From Pseudomonadota bacterium (GTDB taxonomy: Bacteria; Bdellovibrionota_C; UBA2361; OMII01), in contig JAYPVM010000002.1 in NCBI GenBank assembly GCA_038134595.1, forward strand, positions 1 to 64,000: DNA of 64,000 nt, given 5' to 3'. Numbering within the stretch: position 1 is the first letter of the stretch; each line of letters opens with the position of its first letter. This document shows, in pieces, positions 35,490 to 44,751 of this stretch. The translations under genes were made by a program, and so were the position numbers. The notes under the pieces were generated by a model that had not been told where the DNA came from, searched no databases, and saw only the letters and a list, made by a program, of their open reading frames with translations.

Positions 35490-36047
35490 CTATGGCTCTA
35501 TGTAAATGCCGTGCCGTTGACGAGCGGTGAATTTTGGATTTTCAATTTTAAATTCCCGACTATCGATAATAGACGGGTCGTTGTTATCTAAATCAACTTC
35601 AATGTATGCTTCTTCATCAGACGAGACAGCTTTTAGATTGAATGTAAGAGAGACATAATCTCCGTCGATTGTGTCTGATGAATCAAGAAAAAACACGAGA
35701 TACCGTTCAGTCTCGTTTGCGGCTTGCATCGTTGGTTCTTGTCGAAAGCTATTCTCTCTTTCGGAGAAAAATACAGTGGAGTGGGGAACGTACTTTAAAG
35801 ACCGCGGTATTTTAATCTTGAGGATAGCACCGTTTTTATTTAGGTGAACTATCTCTATTTCTACCTTATTGAGATCGCCTGAGTCTATGTGACCTCGCTC
35901 AAGTTCGAGGTAAACATCCCCCTCATAGTTTTCTGGTAGTCCGCCACCACCACCGCCTCCTCCGATTCCTCCACATGCAGTGGATAAGATGCAGAGAATT
36001 AGGATGTATGAGAGCCTCTTTGCTTGTCGAATTAGATGCGTATTCAC
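35490..36047 (-). CDS. Hypothetical lipoprotein with poly-Gly linker and beta-rich domain
   Basis: LSTAC lipobox followed by GGIGGGGGGG. Confidence 0.7.
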   Translation of the reverse strand: MNTHLIRQAKRLSYILILCILSTACGGIGGGGGGGGLPENYEGDVYLELERGHIDSGDLNKVEIEIVHLNKNGAILKIKIPRSLKYVPHSTVFFSERENSFRQEPTMQAANETERYLVFFLDSSDTIDGDYVSLTFNLKAVSSDEEAYIEVDLDNNDPSIIDSREFKIENPKFTARQRHGIYIEP

Positions 36048-36087
36048 AGTAGTATAAGATGCTTAGAGGTCGCGGAGTGATTCGATT

Positions 36088-36495
36088 CTATGAAGAGCGA
36101 CGGGATAATGCCAACAAGAGCCAAGAGATTATAAAACCAGCGCCTCCAATTGGTGTAATTGCTCCTAACCATTTGGTATTTGTAAGAACGAGTAGGTACA
36201 GGGAGCCTGAGAAGATGCAAGTTGCGCCAATCATAAGCCATGTGATGGTTCTCAGGCGGCTGGATGGGATTTTAAGTGCATCGGAAGACGATAGAAAAAG
36301 AGCGCCTAGGGAATGGATTAATTGGTACAACACTGCTTTTTCCCAGATAGATAGATATTCAGGCGAAATAGAATGCTTTAGCCCATGAGCTCCGAAAGCT
36401 CCACACGCAACACCGATAGCCAAGAGAAGAGAAGATAAACGCTGTGTCATAGATGCTGTGTTTGTCATTACTGTTTTTTTGTTTCCATCCATCAA
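36088..36495 (-). CDS. DUF423 family membrane protein (start probably 36468 or 36450)
   Basis: GAFGAHGL, YQLIH, FSGSLY, LGAITPIGG. Confidence 0.9.
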   Translation of the reverse strand: MMDGNKKTVMTNTASMTQRLSSLLLAIGVACGAFGAHGLKHSISPEYLSIWEKAVLYQLIHSLGALFLSSSDALKIPSSRLRTITWLMIGATCIFSGSLYLLVLTNTKWLGAITPIGGAGFIISWLLLALSRRSS

Positions 36496-36600
36496 AGATT
36501 CTACGGCGCTTGTGGCTCTTAAGCGGTGGCATTAATCTACACGATTACTATTAATAGCAAAAGGACAGTGTGTCTATGGTCTTGCCATAATATTTATTTT

Positions 36601-37848
36601 TCAAGGTCTTGATTTTAGGATGTCGTTACTGCCGACAACAGGGATATCGCCAAATATTTTGTCGGTAGGCATATAATCTGGATTCATGGTGCCTGAGGGC
36701 ATTTCGGGCACTTGCACTTTCTTGTTTGTACTTAGCGTTGATAGTGTTGGAATCGGTGTTGGAGTCGGGCTCGGTGTAGGAGTATCTGGTTCAGGGGTTT
36801 TCTCGGCAAGCTGTTTGGCAGTTTTTTCTGCTTCTTCATCGAGTAGTTTTCGCAAAGGATCATTCAAGCCCTTATCCTCGCTGGTGTCTTTGGTAAAATT
36901 TGTCTTGCTTGAGAACTTTAGCTTTAGGGTAATGCGTCTGTTTGAAGGATGGAGGGGTTCATCCGGCTTTCTCAATTCGCTTGATGACCGTCCACTTACA
37001 CTTGTAATTCGGGAAGAGGGGTATCCAAGCTGCTCAAGCATCCTTCGAGCCGAGTTTGCTCTGTCTGAAGAGAGCTCCCAGTTGGTGTATCCACCATTTC
37101 TAGAGGGAAAAGGTTCTGCATCTGTATGACCGAATACCTCAAGAGTATTCGGATATCGTTTGATCACATCGGTGATAAGCTTAAACGCTGGGACGGCGTC
37201 GTTTCTTATGCGGGCACTTCCACTGTCGAACATCGATTGTTTGTCAGTATCCATGATTTCAATTTTTAGTCCGTCTGGCTCTGCTGAGGCCTCAATGGAG
37301 CCCGCAAGTCGAGCTGTTGACGCGAAGGCATTTGCCATCCGTTCGATCTCTTGTTTTGCATCTCGTTCGACTATTCTAATTTTCAGCTCTTCTCTTGTTT
37401 CGCGAAGATGTTCTCGTTTCGTGTTCAACCCTGTTGTATTTGTAGGTCCTCGGTGTTGAAACGGCTCGACTTTTCCCTCTTGCATGTACAGTTTGTCCAG
37501 ATCGCGTTCAGTCTCTCCGAAGGTTTTTTGATCCTCTAGTGGATCTTTAAACTTACGGAGATCCTTCTCTCGGGGAGGGACGTATGCTTCGTCAAGAATC
37601 CCCTGGCCACCAAGTAGGAGGGGTTGTCCGGAGCCTTCCTGAAATATCGAGGGACGTCGGAAATACGAGGCGATGGCAACGCGTACGGTTACCGAGGCGG
37701 TGTTGATAAGCCACATACAGAGAAAGAAACACATCATGGCGGTTGTAAAATCGGCGTAGGCTATCTTCCATGCGCCGCCGTGGTGTCCACCATGGCCACC
37801 TTTTTTAATAATGATAATCGGTTTGTTGTCGTCCGAACCTTCTGCCAT
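36601..37848 (-). CDS. motB: Flagellar motor stator protein MotB
   Basis: HHGGAWKIAYADFTTAMM (conserved Asp), OmpA-like GHTD..NWELSSDRA..NRRI; Pro/Thr-rich C-terminal tail. Confidence 0.93.
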   Translation of the reverse strand: MAEGSDDNKPIIIIKKGGHGGHHGGAWKIAYADFTTAMMCFFLCMWLINTASVTVRVAIASYFRRPSIFQEGSGQPLLLGGQGILDEAYVPPREKDLRKFKDPLEDQKTFGETERDLDKLYMQEGKVEPFQHRGPTNTTGLNTKREHLRETREELKIRIVERDAKQEIERMANAFASTARLAGSIEASAEPDGLKIEIMDTDKQSMFDSGSARIRNDAVPAFKLITDVIKRYPNTLEVFGHTDAEPFPSRNGGYTNWELSSDRANSARRMLEQLGYPSSRITSVSGRSSSELRKPDEPLHPSNRRITLKLKFSSKTNFTKDTSEDKGLNDPLRKLLDEEAEKTAKQLAEKTPEPDTPTPSPTPTPIPTLSTLSTNKKVQVPEMPSGTMNPDYMPTDKIFGDIPVVGSNDILKSRP

Positions 37849-37864
37849 GGTTTAACAATAATGA

Positions 37865-38725
37865 TTATTTCTTCTTAGCTTCTTTGATAATCTCCTCGAG
37901 TTCCTCCGCGGTTGGACGGAACACGCCGGGAATCGTTTTACGAGCGAATTCCAATGCGACACCAGGAGGCGATCCACCAGCAAATGCTACAAGTCCAGCT
38001 CTAACACACTTTAGGAGGCCGGTAATTTCACGGACATTGTTTTCCATCTTGGTTCCAATCGGACCGATAAGACCATAAGACAAAAAGATACCTAACATAG
38101 TACCAACGAGCGCTGCCGCAACGTGGTGACCGATCTCTGTGGGAGGACCATCTAGAAATTGCATGGTGATGATAATTCCAAGTACCGCGGCTACAATACC
38201 CATCGCCGGAAAGGAATCCGCCATCGTCTTTACGGCTGTTGGTACTAAGAGCGCCTCTTCGTGGTGGGTTTCTATCTCTGAGTCGAGGAGTTTGTCCAAT
38301 TCGAAAGCATTTACGACACCATCAACGAACAGCCGAAGTGCAGAGGTGAATGTGTCCATCAGATGATGGTTGTGTGCCGCTAGGGGGTATTTGTTAAATC
38401 GAGCGCTTTGATGTGGATTAGATATATCTCCTTCGACACCGAGAACTCCTTCACGTCGCATCGTATCGAAAATACATCCCATGAGTCCGAGAAGATCGCG
38501 GTAGAGTGCCTTGTTTACACCTGTTCCCTTTATGGCTTCTATAAGGGCGGGGATGATTCCCTTCAGAACCGTACCAGGCTGAGAGATCAAAATAGTAAAG
38601 CCGATACCACCTGCAATAACCAAGAACTCGTATGGCTGAAATAATACCTCGACAGGACCTCCGGGGCCGACAAATCCGATCAGTACGCTACCAAGTACCC
38701 CTATGACTCCAAGAATTACGCCCAT
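37865..38725 (-). CDS. motA: Flagellar motor stator protein MotA
   Basis: LFQPYEFLVI, RREGVLGVE, PAMGIVAAVLG, AAALVGT.LG, EFARK. Confidence 0.95.
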   Translation of the reverse strand: MGVILGVIGVLGSVLIGFVGPGGPVEVLFQPYEFLVIAGGIGFTILISQPGTVLKGIIPALIEAIKGTGVNKALYRDLLGLMGCIFDTMRREGVLGVEGDISNPHQSARFNKYPLAAHNHHLMDTFTSALRLFVDGVVNAFELDKLLDSEIETHHEEALLVPTAVKTMADSFPAMGIVAAVLGIIITMQFLDGPPTEIGHHVAAALVGTMLGIFLSYGLIGPIGTKMENNVREITGLLKCVRAGLVAFAGGSPPGVALEFARKTIPGVFRPTAEELEEIIKEAKKK

Positions 38726-38814
38726 TAGATGGAACTCCTACAATTTAGTCTCTGCTTGTTCTGTTGCCCATTGTGTTCGAAAACACCCTCTGTAAATGAT
38801 CTGCTTACTTAAGG

Positions 38815-38841
38815 GTGTCGGAAGATAACCCTGCGGACTTA
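38815..38841 (-). promoter_or_regulatory. Putative sigma28-like promoter of motAB
   Basis: Minus strand TAAG-N15-TCCGACAC about 90 bp upstream of motA; motAB are classical FliA targets. Confidence 0.5.
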
Positions 38842-39004
38842 AAAGAAAAGCATCAAACGGCGTTTTCATCTGAGTCTCCTTTCTAGTGGTGATGGGTTCC
38901 CGGAATCCTTGTTGTTGATAGGTAGCTTGTGCCGAAATGATGTGCGTCGCTATGAGGTGGTGGCGACAGACCAACAATATTTAGAGGATCCATGGGATTG
39001 CTTC

Positions 39005-40018
39005 CTATAGAGAGTTGTCAATTCGGTTAGGGGGCGTTTGATTTTGCGAAGGTTTGTTTGAATTGTTGCCCGAGCCCTTGTTGGGATTAGACACGGTAGG
39101 AGTGCTATTTTCTTGGCGCTTTGATGTTTCATCGATGAGATAGCTCATCACTTTGCCTGTGATAAGCGTAACGCGGATCTCTAGGTTGTCGGGATATTTG
39201 GCACCTGCGCGCTGGAATCGGAAGTGGTCCCGGCCGCCATTGGCGGTTCCTGAAAACTGTCCACGTTCAATGACTTTGCCATTTGAATTCACTAATGAGA
39301 CACGTTCTATTTGACCGGTGACAGAGGGGGGTAATAGTACAACTAATCTTCCATCGCTATCTGACACTGGCTTATACAGGAATCCAGTTCCAGCTTCTGA
39401 GTTGTGACCCGAAGATGATGGCGTACTCGTAGTTGTTCGGCGGGAGTTGCTCGCTTCTGTTAGATCTCGCAGGGCAGCTGTCTCTTCTCCACTATCAAAT
39501 AAATCAAGCTTTCCTTGCGCTAATAGCAGGGCTTGTTCCATCGATGCTACAGCTTTTGTGGGGTCATTGACTCCTCCTCGGTCATCGAATAAGACATCCG
39601 TATTACTATCAAGCTGGGCTGCCGCAAAGCTTTGAGCGTAGATTGTTGTTGCTTCCTCTTCAGATAGAATTTCACTTGCGCTAAAAGCGAGTAACGCCGC
39701 CTTGGTGGCATCCTCAAAGGGAATGTATCCGTCTGCTTTTTGCATTGAGCTCTTGGCCGTGTCAAAGAGGCTGAGATACTCTTTCAATCCATCTTCGCCT
39801 TTTAGGTTTTGTATCCGTTCCTGTACAAGAGCGGAAAACAATTCCTCTTCGCTCACTTGATTTGAGGAAACAGGGGAAAGAAAAGCCTTAAGAGAAGACT
39901 CAAATGGTTGTTCAACCGCTGCGACCTGTGCGGTTGTGGCACTGGCGCGTGCAACTCGAGAGGCAGTTTGTCCCTGTAGTTTCGCGATAAATTCTGTAAT
40001 GCTTTGGACCGTTTCCAT
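39005..40018 (-). CDS. Hypothetical protein: helical N-domain, S/T linker, beta-rich C-domain
   Basis: 337-aa ORF with AGAGG SD, no signal peptide, sigma54 site upstream. Confidence 0.8.
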   Translation of the reverse strand: METVQSITEFIAKLQGQTASRVARASATTAQVAAVEQPFESSLKAFLSPVSSNQVSEEELFSALVQERIQNLKGEDGLKEYLSLFDTAKSSMQKADGYIPFEDATKAALLAFSASEILSEEEATTIYAQSFAAAQLDSNTDVLFDDRGGVNDPTKAVASMEQALLLAQGKLDLFDSGEETAALRDLTEASNSRRTTTSTPSSSGHNSEAGTGFLYKPVSDSDGRLVVLLPPSVTGQIERVSLVNSNGKVIERGQFSGTANGGRDHFRFQRAGAKYPDNLEIRVTLITGKVMSYLIDETSKRQENSTPTVSNPNKGSGNNSNKPSQNQTPPNRIDNSL

Positions 40019-40107
40019 GGCGCCTCTGCGATTTTTCTCTGACCTGGGTGCTTATCCATAAGCACCCGCGTAGACCATTTAAAGATGGTCTCTGATAGGT
40101 ATGACAA

Positions 40108-40124
40108 AGCAGAAAGTGTGCCAG
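40108..40124 (-). promoter_or_regulatory. sigma54 (RpoN) -24/-12 promoter
   Basis: CTGGCACACTTTCTGCT = TGGCAC-N5-CTGCT with exact GG-N10-GC spacing, about 90 bp upstream of the ORF start at 40018. Confidence 0.7.
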
Positions 40125-40159
40125 TTCTATTCTAGGGTGTTCGACGCTCCCGGACGGGT

Positions 40160-41680
40160 TTAAAAAAGCGGACGACCCGTCATTTCTTTGGGCTGTGGGA
40201 GATTCATCATCTTCAGAACTGTTGGAGCCACATCACACAGAGCACCATCACCTCTCAAAGTTACTTGAGATTTGTGCCCTACGAGAATCACTGGAACAGG
40301 GAAGGTGGTATGGGCAGTATGCGGCGTTTCGTCTGAGAGGTTTAGCATTTGCTCAGCGTTTCCGTGGTCAGCGATAATAAGCGCCTCGCCTTCAACACGC
40401 TCTAATTGATCAATTATCTTCGCCAGGCATGTATCGACCGTTTCTACGGCCTTGATGCCGGCTTCAATAACACCGGTGTGGCCGACCATGTCACAGTTTG
40501 CGAAATTGACGACTATAAGCTCATATTTTCCGGTGGAGAGACCTTGCATGACAAGATTGCATACTCCTTCAGCGCTCATTTCGGGCTTTTCGTCGTACGT
40601 TTTTACATCTCGCGGTGAGGGTACGAGTTGGCGCTCTTCACCTGGATAGGCCTGTTCAATGCCTCCGTTTAGAAAATATGTGACGTGAGGGTACTTCTCA
40701 GTTTCGGCGATACGAAGCTGTTGTAAACCGTGGTGTGCGACTACTTCTCCTAGATGATTTTTGATGTCTAATTGAGGAAATAAAAAAGGAAGGCCTAGCG
40801 AACTGTCATACTCTGTAAAGCAGAGAGTCTTTTCTGGCTGTATTACGGGGGCCTCCCGATCAAATTCGGTAAAATGCGGCGAGCACAGGGTCGTCACGAT
40901 TTCACGCATTCTGTCCTCTCTAAAATTAAAAAATACAAGTGCGTCGTCTTTATCGAAAGCTTGTACGGCCGTAACACCAGGCTCGATAAATTCATCTGTG
41001 GTGCCTTTTGCATAAGAGTCAGTGATGTAATCGTGAGGGGATGTAATCACATCTCCCAATCCAAGCGCGATAGCATGGTAGGCGCGTTCGACACGTTCCC
41101 ACCGTTTGTCGCGATCCATTGCGAAAAACCGTCCGCAAACCGTCGCTATCGACACTGATGGCTTGTTGGAAATAAATTCAAGGATCTCCTCAAGATCTTT
41201 TTTGAATGCGGCAGGAGAGACGTCCCTACCGTCGGTTATTAGATGAAGCCTAATTGGCTTCTCTGCGCAATCGATAACAAGTCGGGAAAGAAGAAGCTTG
41301 AGGTGGTTAATGTGAGAGTGAACCCCCCCGGAGCTGCATAGCCCAACGATATGAATTGTGGGCGAGCTCTTTATTGAAGTTAGAAAGTTCTGATACGTCT
41401 TCGATGAATCCAAAAATGGGCCTTGCAATGCGCGACTGATTCGCAGAAGCCACTGTTCAACAACCCGACCAGCTCCGATATTTAAATGTCCAACTTCTGA
41501 GTTTCCCATTTGCCCTTCAGGTAGACCAACTGCTTCTCCAAAAGTCGTCAGTGTGGCATTAGGACAGGAGGCCATGAGCTTGTCGAGAGTTGGTTTTCTC
41601 GCAAGAGCTACGGCATTTCCGCTCGAATCGGGATTTAAGCCAAAACCATCAAGAATGCATAAGAGGGTAGGGGTCTTCAT
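40160..41680 (-). CDS. gpmI: 2,3-bisphosphoglycerate-independent phosphoglycerate mutase
   Basis: ILDGFG, QMGNSEVGH, AMDRDKRW, AETEKYPHVT, DMVGHTG, ADHGNAE; ATG at 41680 after AGGA. Confidence 0.97.
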   Translation of the reverse strand: MKTPTLLCILDGFGLNPDSSGNAVALARKPTLDKLMASCPNATLTTFGEAVGLPEGQMGNSEVGHLNIGAGRVVEQWLLRISRALQGPFLDSSKTYQNFLTSIKSSPTIHIVGLCSSGGVHSHINHLKLLLSRLVIDCAEKPIRLHLITDGRDVSPAAFKKDLEEILEFISNKPSVSIATVCGRFFAMDRDKRWERVERAYHAIALGLGDVITSPHDYITDSYAKGTTDEFIEPGVTAVQAFDKDDALVFFNFREDRMREIVTTLCSPHFTEFDREAPVIQPEKTLCFTEYDSSLGLPFLFPQLDIKNHLGEVVAHHGLQQLRIAETEKYPHVTYFLNGGIEQAYPGEERQLVPSPRDVKTYDEKPEMSAEGVCNLVMQGLSTGKYELIVVNFANCDMVGHTGVIEAGIKAVETVDTCLAKIIDQLERVEGEALIIADHGNAEQMLNLSDETPHTAHTTFPVPVILVGHKSQVTLRGDGALCDVAPTVLKMMNLPQPKEMTGRPLF

Positions 41681-41828
41681 AACTGGTCCTATTACATCAA
41701 AAAACTCGTACTCCTTCATATCACTAAATGGGGATTTGCGCACGTTTCATAGATTTGCCATCTGCAAAGGCGTTCTCTGTCCGCAAAGGGGTAGCGTTGG
41801 AACAGTTGCCGACGTCTATCAGGAATCG

Positions 41829-43142
41829 CTACGGCGTGGAGAGCAGAGGGGATGGGGAGCCCTTCTGGCCGTTGGAGGGGTCTTCAATTTGGTAAGTCGA
41901 ACGGCAGGAAATGATGTTCTTTTGATGGGCAAGTTCGTGCCATAAGGGGCCTGATTGAGGGGCTTTCCCTGTTTGAACCAAATAGAGACCCTTGCAAACC
42001 AAAAATCGCTCCTGAATCCCTTCTGGCAGTGGCGTGGAGATGGTTTTAGCGACTAATCTCGAAAATTTTTCAATGAGCGAGTCTACTTCATGAAAGTGAT
42101 TCGCTGCCAAGAGGACCTCGATAAGAAGAAGTTCGGCTTCAATGCGGCCTAGGCCTGATTGGCTCTTACATGCCGTTTTAGCCACGCCAATGGCACCTTC
42201 GAAGCGTTGCTGAGGTTGTACGTGTTCATTATTTAGCCACACGGAAACGGCTGACTTCCAGTCTTCATTTCGCTTGGAAATCTTCGCTGCCCGAATATAG
42301 TTCTCGACAGCTACGGTGGTATCTCCTCTTTTCACAGCCCTTGATGCCGACAATAGGAGTGCTGGATAATAGTTGGAGTGGCGTTTTATGAGCTCGCCGA
42401 GAGCCTGATCACGATGCGTCTCGGAGAGTTCTTCATTTATCTGCCTTAATGCAATTGCCGCCCGTGGGTTTTCCTCTTGGGAGTCGCGAAAGCCTAACGA
42501 CTCCAATTTGTCTTGTATCTGCAGTGCTTCCTTATATCCCCTGAGGGCCAGATGGAGTTCTCGAAGGGATATAAGGACGTGTTGAGAGGGATGCTTTTGC
42601 GCAAGGAGTACGAGGTTGTCTTTTGCTCCCACAAGATTTCCCTGTGTTTTATTGAGTTCATAGCCTCTCATGAGTATCCCAATAGTTGCTGCTCCTTGAG
42701 CGCGCGCTGAATCAATGACTCTAAGAGCCTCACTATTGTCTCCCAGCTTTTCAAGACAGCGAGACAATTCTATCCGAGCAAGGGTGTTTGTGGGATCACT
42801 GGCAAGGATATCTTCCCAACGATCTTTTGCTTGCCCCCACTCATGAATTGCCATAAGGCCTACGCCAGAAACAAGGGTCTCGACGAAGTCACAGTGAGTG
42901 CGAACTTGATTGCGGAGTTTTCTCTCGCGAAAATACGCCTTCACTCCCCATAGAAGTGCTATTAGAGAGGTAAAGAGACAGCCTAATGCAAAGATTGCAA
43001 GATATAAGACACCCGCGGTAGCTGTGATCGTGGAGGTTCCTCCAAGGTGTATGGTTGCAGGAGCGGAATTAGTGATCGTGACATACACTGCGACAGCAAC
43101 GATAAGTCCAAGGATGATAAACCGGTTAAATTGTTTGAGCAT
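41829..43142 (-). CDS. Membrane-anchored TPR protein (LapA-like N-terminus + LapB/HemY-like TPRs)
   Basis: Two TM helices separated by N...ATIHL, then TPR-like helices (AKDRWEDILASDPTNTLARIELSR). Confidence 0.65.
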   Translation of the reverse strand: MLKQFNRFIILGLIVAVAVYVTITNSAPATIHLGGTSTITATAGVLYLAIFALGCLFTSLIALLWGVKAYFRERKLRNQVRTHCDFVETLVSGVGLMAIHEWGQAKDRWEDILASDPTNTLARIELSRCLEKLGDNSEALRVIDSARAQGAATIGILMRGYELNKTQGNLVGAKDNLVLLAQKHPSQHVLISLRELHLALRGYKEALQIQDKLESLGFRDSQEENPRAAIALRQINEELSETHRDQALGELIKRHSNYYPALLLSASRAVKRGDTTVAVENYIRAAKISKRNEDWKSAVSVWLNNEHVQPQQRFEGAIGVAKTACKSQSGLGRIEAELLLIEVLLAANHFHEVDSLIEKFSRLVAKTISTPLPEGIQERFLVCKGLYLVQTGKAPQSGPLWHELAHQKNIISCRSTYQIEDPSNGQKGSPSPLLSTP

Positions 43143-43506
43143 GTCTAGGTTGTATCTCGAATATCCAATTAATTCTAGTATAAGAGTGGCTCTATGACCG
43201 GAATGTATGGGCCACAGCACTCGCAGCGCTTAAAACGGGATAATGCTTGAAACTCTGTGTGGGTAATCGTCCCCGAATTTTCGTACAGCTCAATTTGACG
43301 TGAGAGGTCTTTGTGTGGTGTGTTTCTCTCTCTAGGGGAGGCTAATGTGATGACCTTGAATAAGGGCGCCAATGTAACTGCCACCACAGCAGTACTAATC
43401 TGTTACAGTTGGAGCCTTAGGGGTTCCGCAATATTGTCCGTCCCGGTGCAGAAGTATTTGAGAGTAGATCCTCTTCCGGAGACCGGCAAAGACGTGGGAT
43501 GCGAAT

Positions 43507-43827
43507 TTAGATGTTAGATGCCGTGGCCTGTTTAGTTTCGTTGTTCGCCGGTGTTTTGCTCACTGAACCAACTCGCTTCACGATAACGGGAGAGTTGATC
43601 AGTAATGTAGTCGTATCAGCAACCCTGTGATATTTGATGTCGAACCCATCTTTGTCAATCACAAAGTACTTTTCGATTACCTTGACCATTTCTTCGCGGA
43701 AACCACCCATCTCTTCATTGGTCAGGCCGGTTCTGTCTTGAACGAGGACAAAATGCAATCTGCTTTTCGCCACGTCGCTACTTTCGTTGTTATTTCCAAA
43801 GAGGATTTTCTTGAGCGCACTTAACAC
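43507..43827 (-). CDS. minE: Cell division topological specificity factor MinE
   Basis: SSDVAKSRLHFVLVQDR, EEMVKVIEKYF; follows minD. Confidence 0.9.
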   Translation of the reverse strand: MLSALKKILFGNNNESSDVAKSRLHFVLVQDRTGLTNEEMGGFREEMVKVIEKYFVIDKDGFDIKYHRVADTTTLLINSPVIVKRVGSVSKTPANNETKQATASNI

Positions 43828-43917
43828 TATCTTACTCCCGTCTCAAAATTTTACTACCTATTCATCGACTTTACCCATATTGCAGGGTTCCGTACATATA
43901 CAAAAACTAACCCTGCA

Positions 43918-44748
43918 CTACTGAGCAACCCCTAGACGTCGGGTAAGTCTATTCCACAGCGACCCGCCTGCGAGACTCGGAACCGGAATTTGCTCCCCAC
44001 AAACACGACCCGCGATCCGGTTAAATGCCTGCCCAGCCTTTGATTTATGATTGTACGCTACAGGTTCGCCGCAGTTGGCAGCCACGATAATCTGTTCGTC
44101 TCGCTCCACAACTCCCAGAACGTCGATACCGAGGATATCCTGGACGTCTCGAACTGAGAGCATGTCTCCCTTTCTGACCATCTCAAAGTCGATTCGATTG
44201 ATTATCAATCGCCCCTCGATTCCCTTCGATGATAGTAGTCCAACAACACGGTCAGCATCTCTTATCGCCGAAACTTCTGGAGTCGTGACAACGATAGCTG
44301 AATCCGCTCCGGCGCAAGCGTTGCGGAACCCTTGTTCGATACCTGCGGGAGAGTCTATCAGGATGTAATGAAACTCTCGCTTATATTGCTCGAGAACGTA
44401 GCGCACCTCAGCTTCATCGATAACGTCCTTGTCGTCGGTTTGTGAAGCAGGAAGGAGGTATAGGTTGTTTGATTTCTTTGACTTAATAATTGCCTGCGAT
44501 GGTTTGCAGATTTTTTTCGCAACATCAACAATATTAAATACGATTCGGTTTTCAAGGCCGAGGATTACGTCGAGATTTCTCAGGCCTATATCCGCATCGA
44601 TCACCAGTACCCGTTGACCACGTAAGGCCAAGGCCGCTCCAAGGCTTGCTGTTGTCGTGGTTTTGCCCACACCCCCTTTGCCCGAGGTTACAACGATTGC
44701 TTCCCCCAGCTCTTTTTTGCCGCTAGCACCCAGATTCTTACTATTCAT
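43918..44748 (-). CDS. minD: Septum site-determining ATPase MinD
   Basis: TSGKGGVGKTT, DIGLRNLD, DSPAGIEQG, PEVSAIRDADR, C-terminal amphipathic LWNRLTRRL. Confidence 0.97.
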   Translation of the reverse strand: MNSKNLGASGKKELGEAIVVTSGKGGVGKTTTTASLGAALALRGQRVLVIDADIGLRNLDVILGLENRIVFNIVDVAKKICKPSQAIIKSKKSNNLYLLPASQTDDKDVIDEAEVRYVLEQYKREFHYILIDSPAGIEQGFRNACAGADSAIVVTTPEVSAIRDADRVVGLLSSKGIEGRLIINRIDFEMVRKGDMLSVRDVQDILGIDVLGVVERDEQIIVAANCGEPVAYNHKSKAGQAFNRIAGRVCGEQIPVPSLAGGSLWNRLTRRLGVAQ

Positions 44749-44751
44749 TGA

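Noticed and set aside
31911..36500. Genomic island or prophage integrated at tRNA-Val
   Set aside because: No integrase, no duplicated tRNA 3' end seen, and the downstream genes (SPFH, DUF423) are ordinary.
38738..38977. 79-aa ORF between the orphan gene and motA
   Set aside because: Spans the putative motA promoter and has no protein-like features.
43175..43517. Small ORFs between minE and the TPR gene (including a CECC peptide)
   Set aside because: No SD, no family resemblance, overlapping alternatives on both strands.
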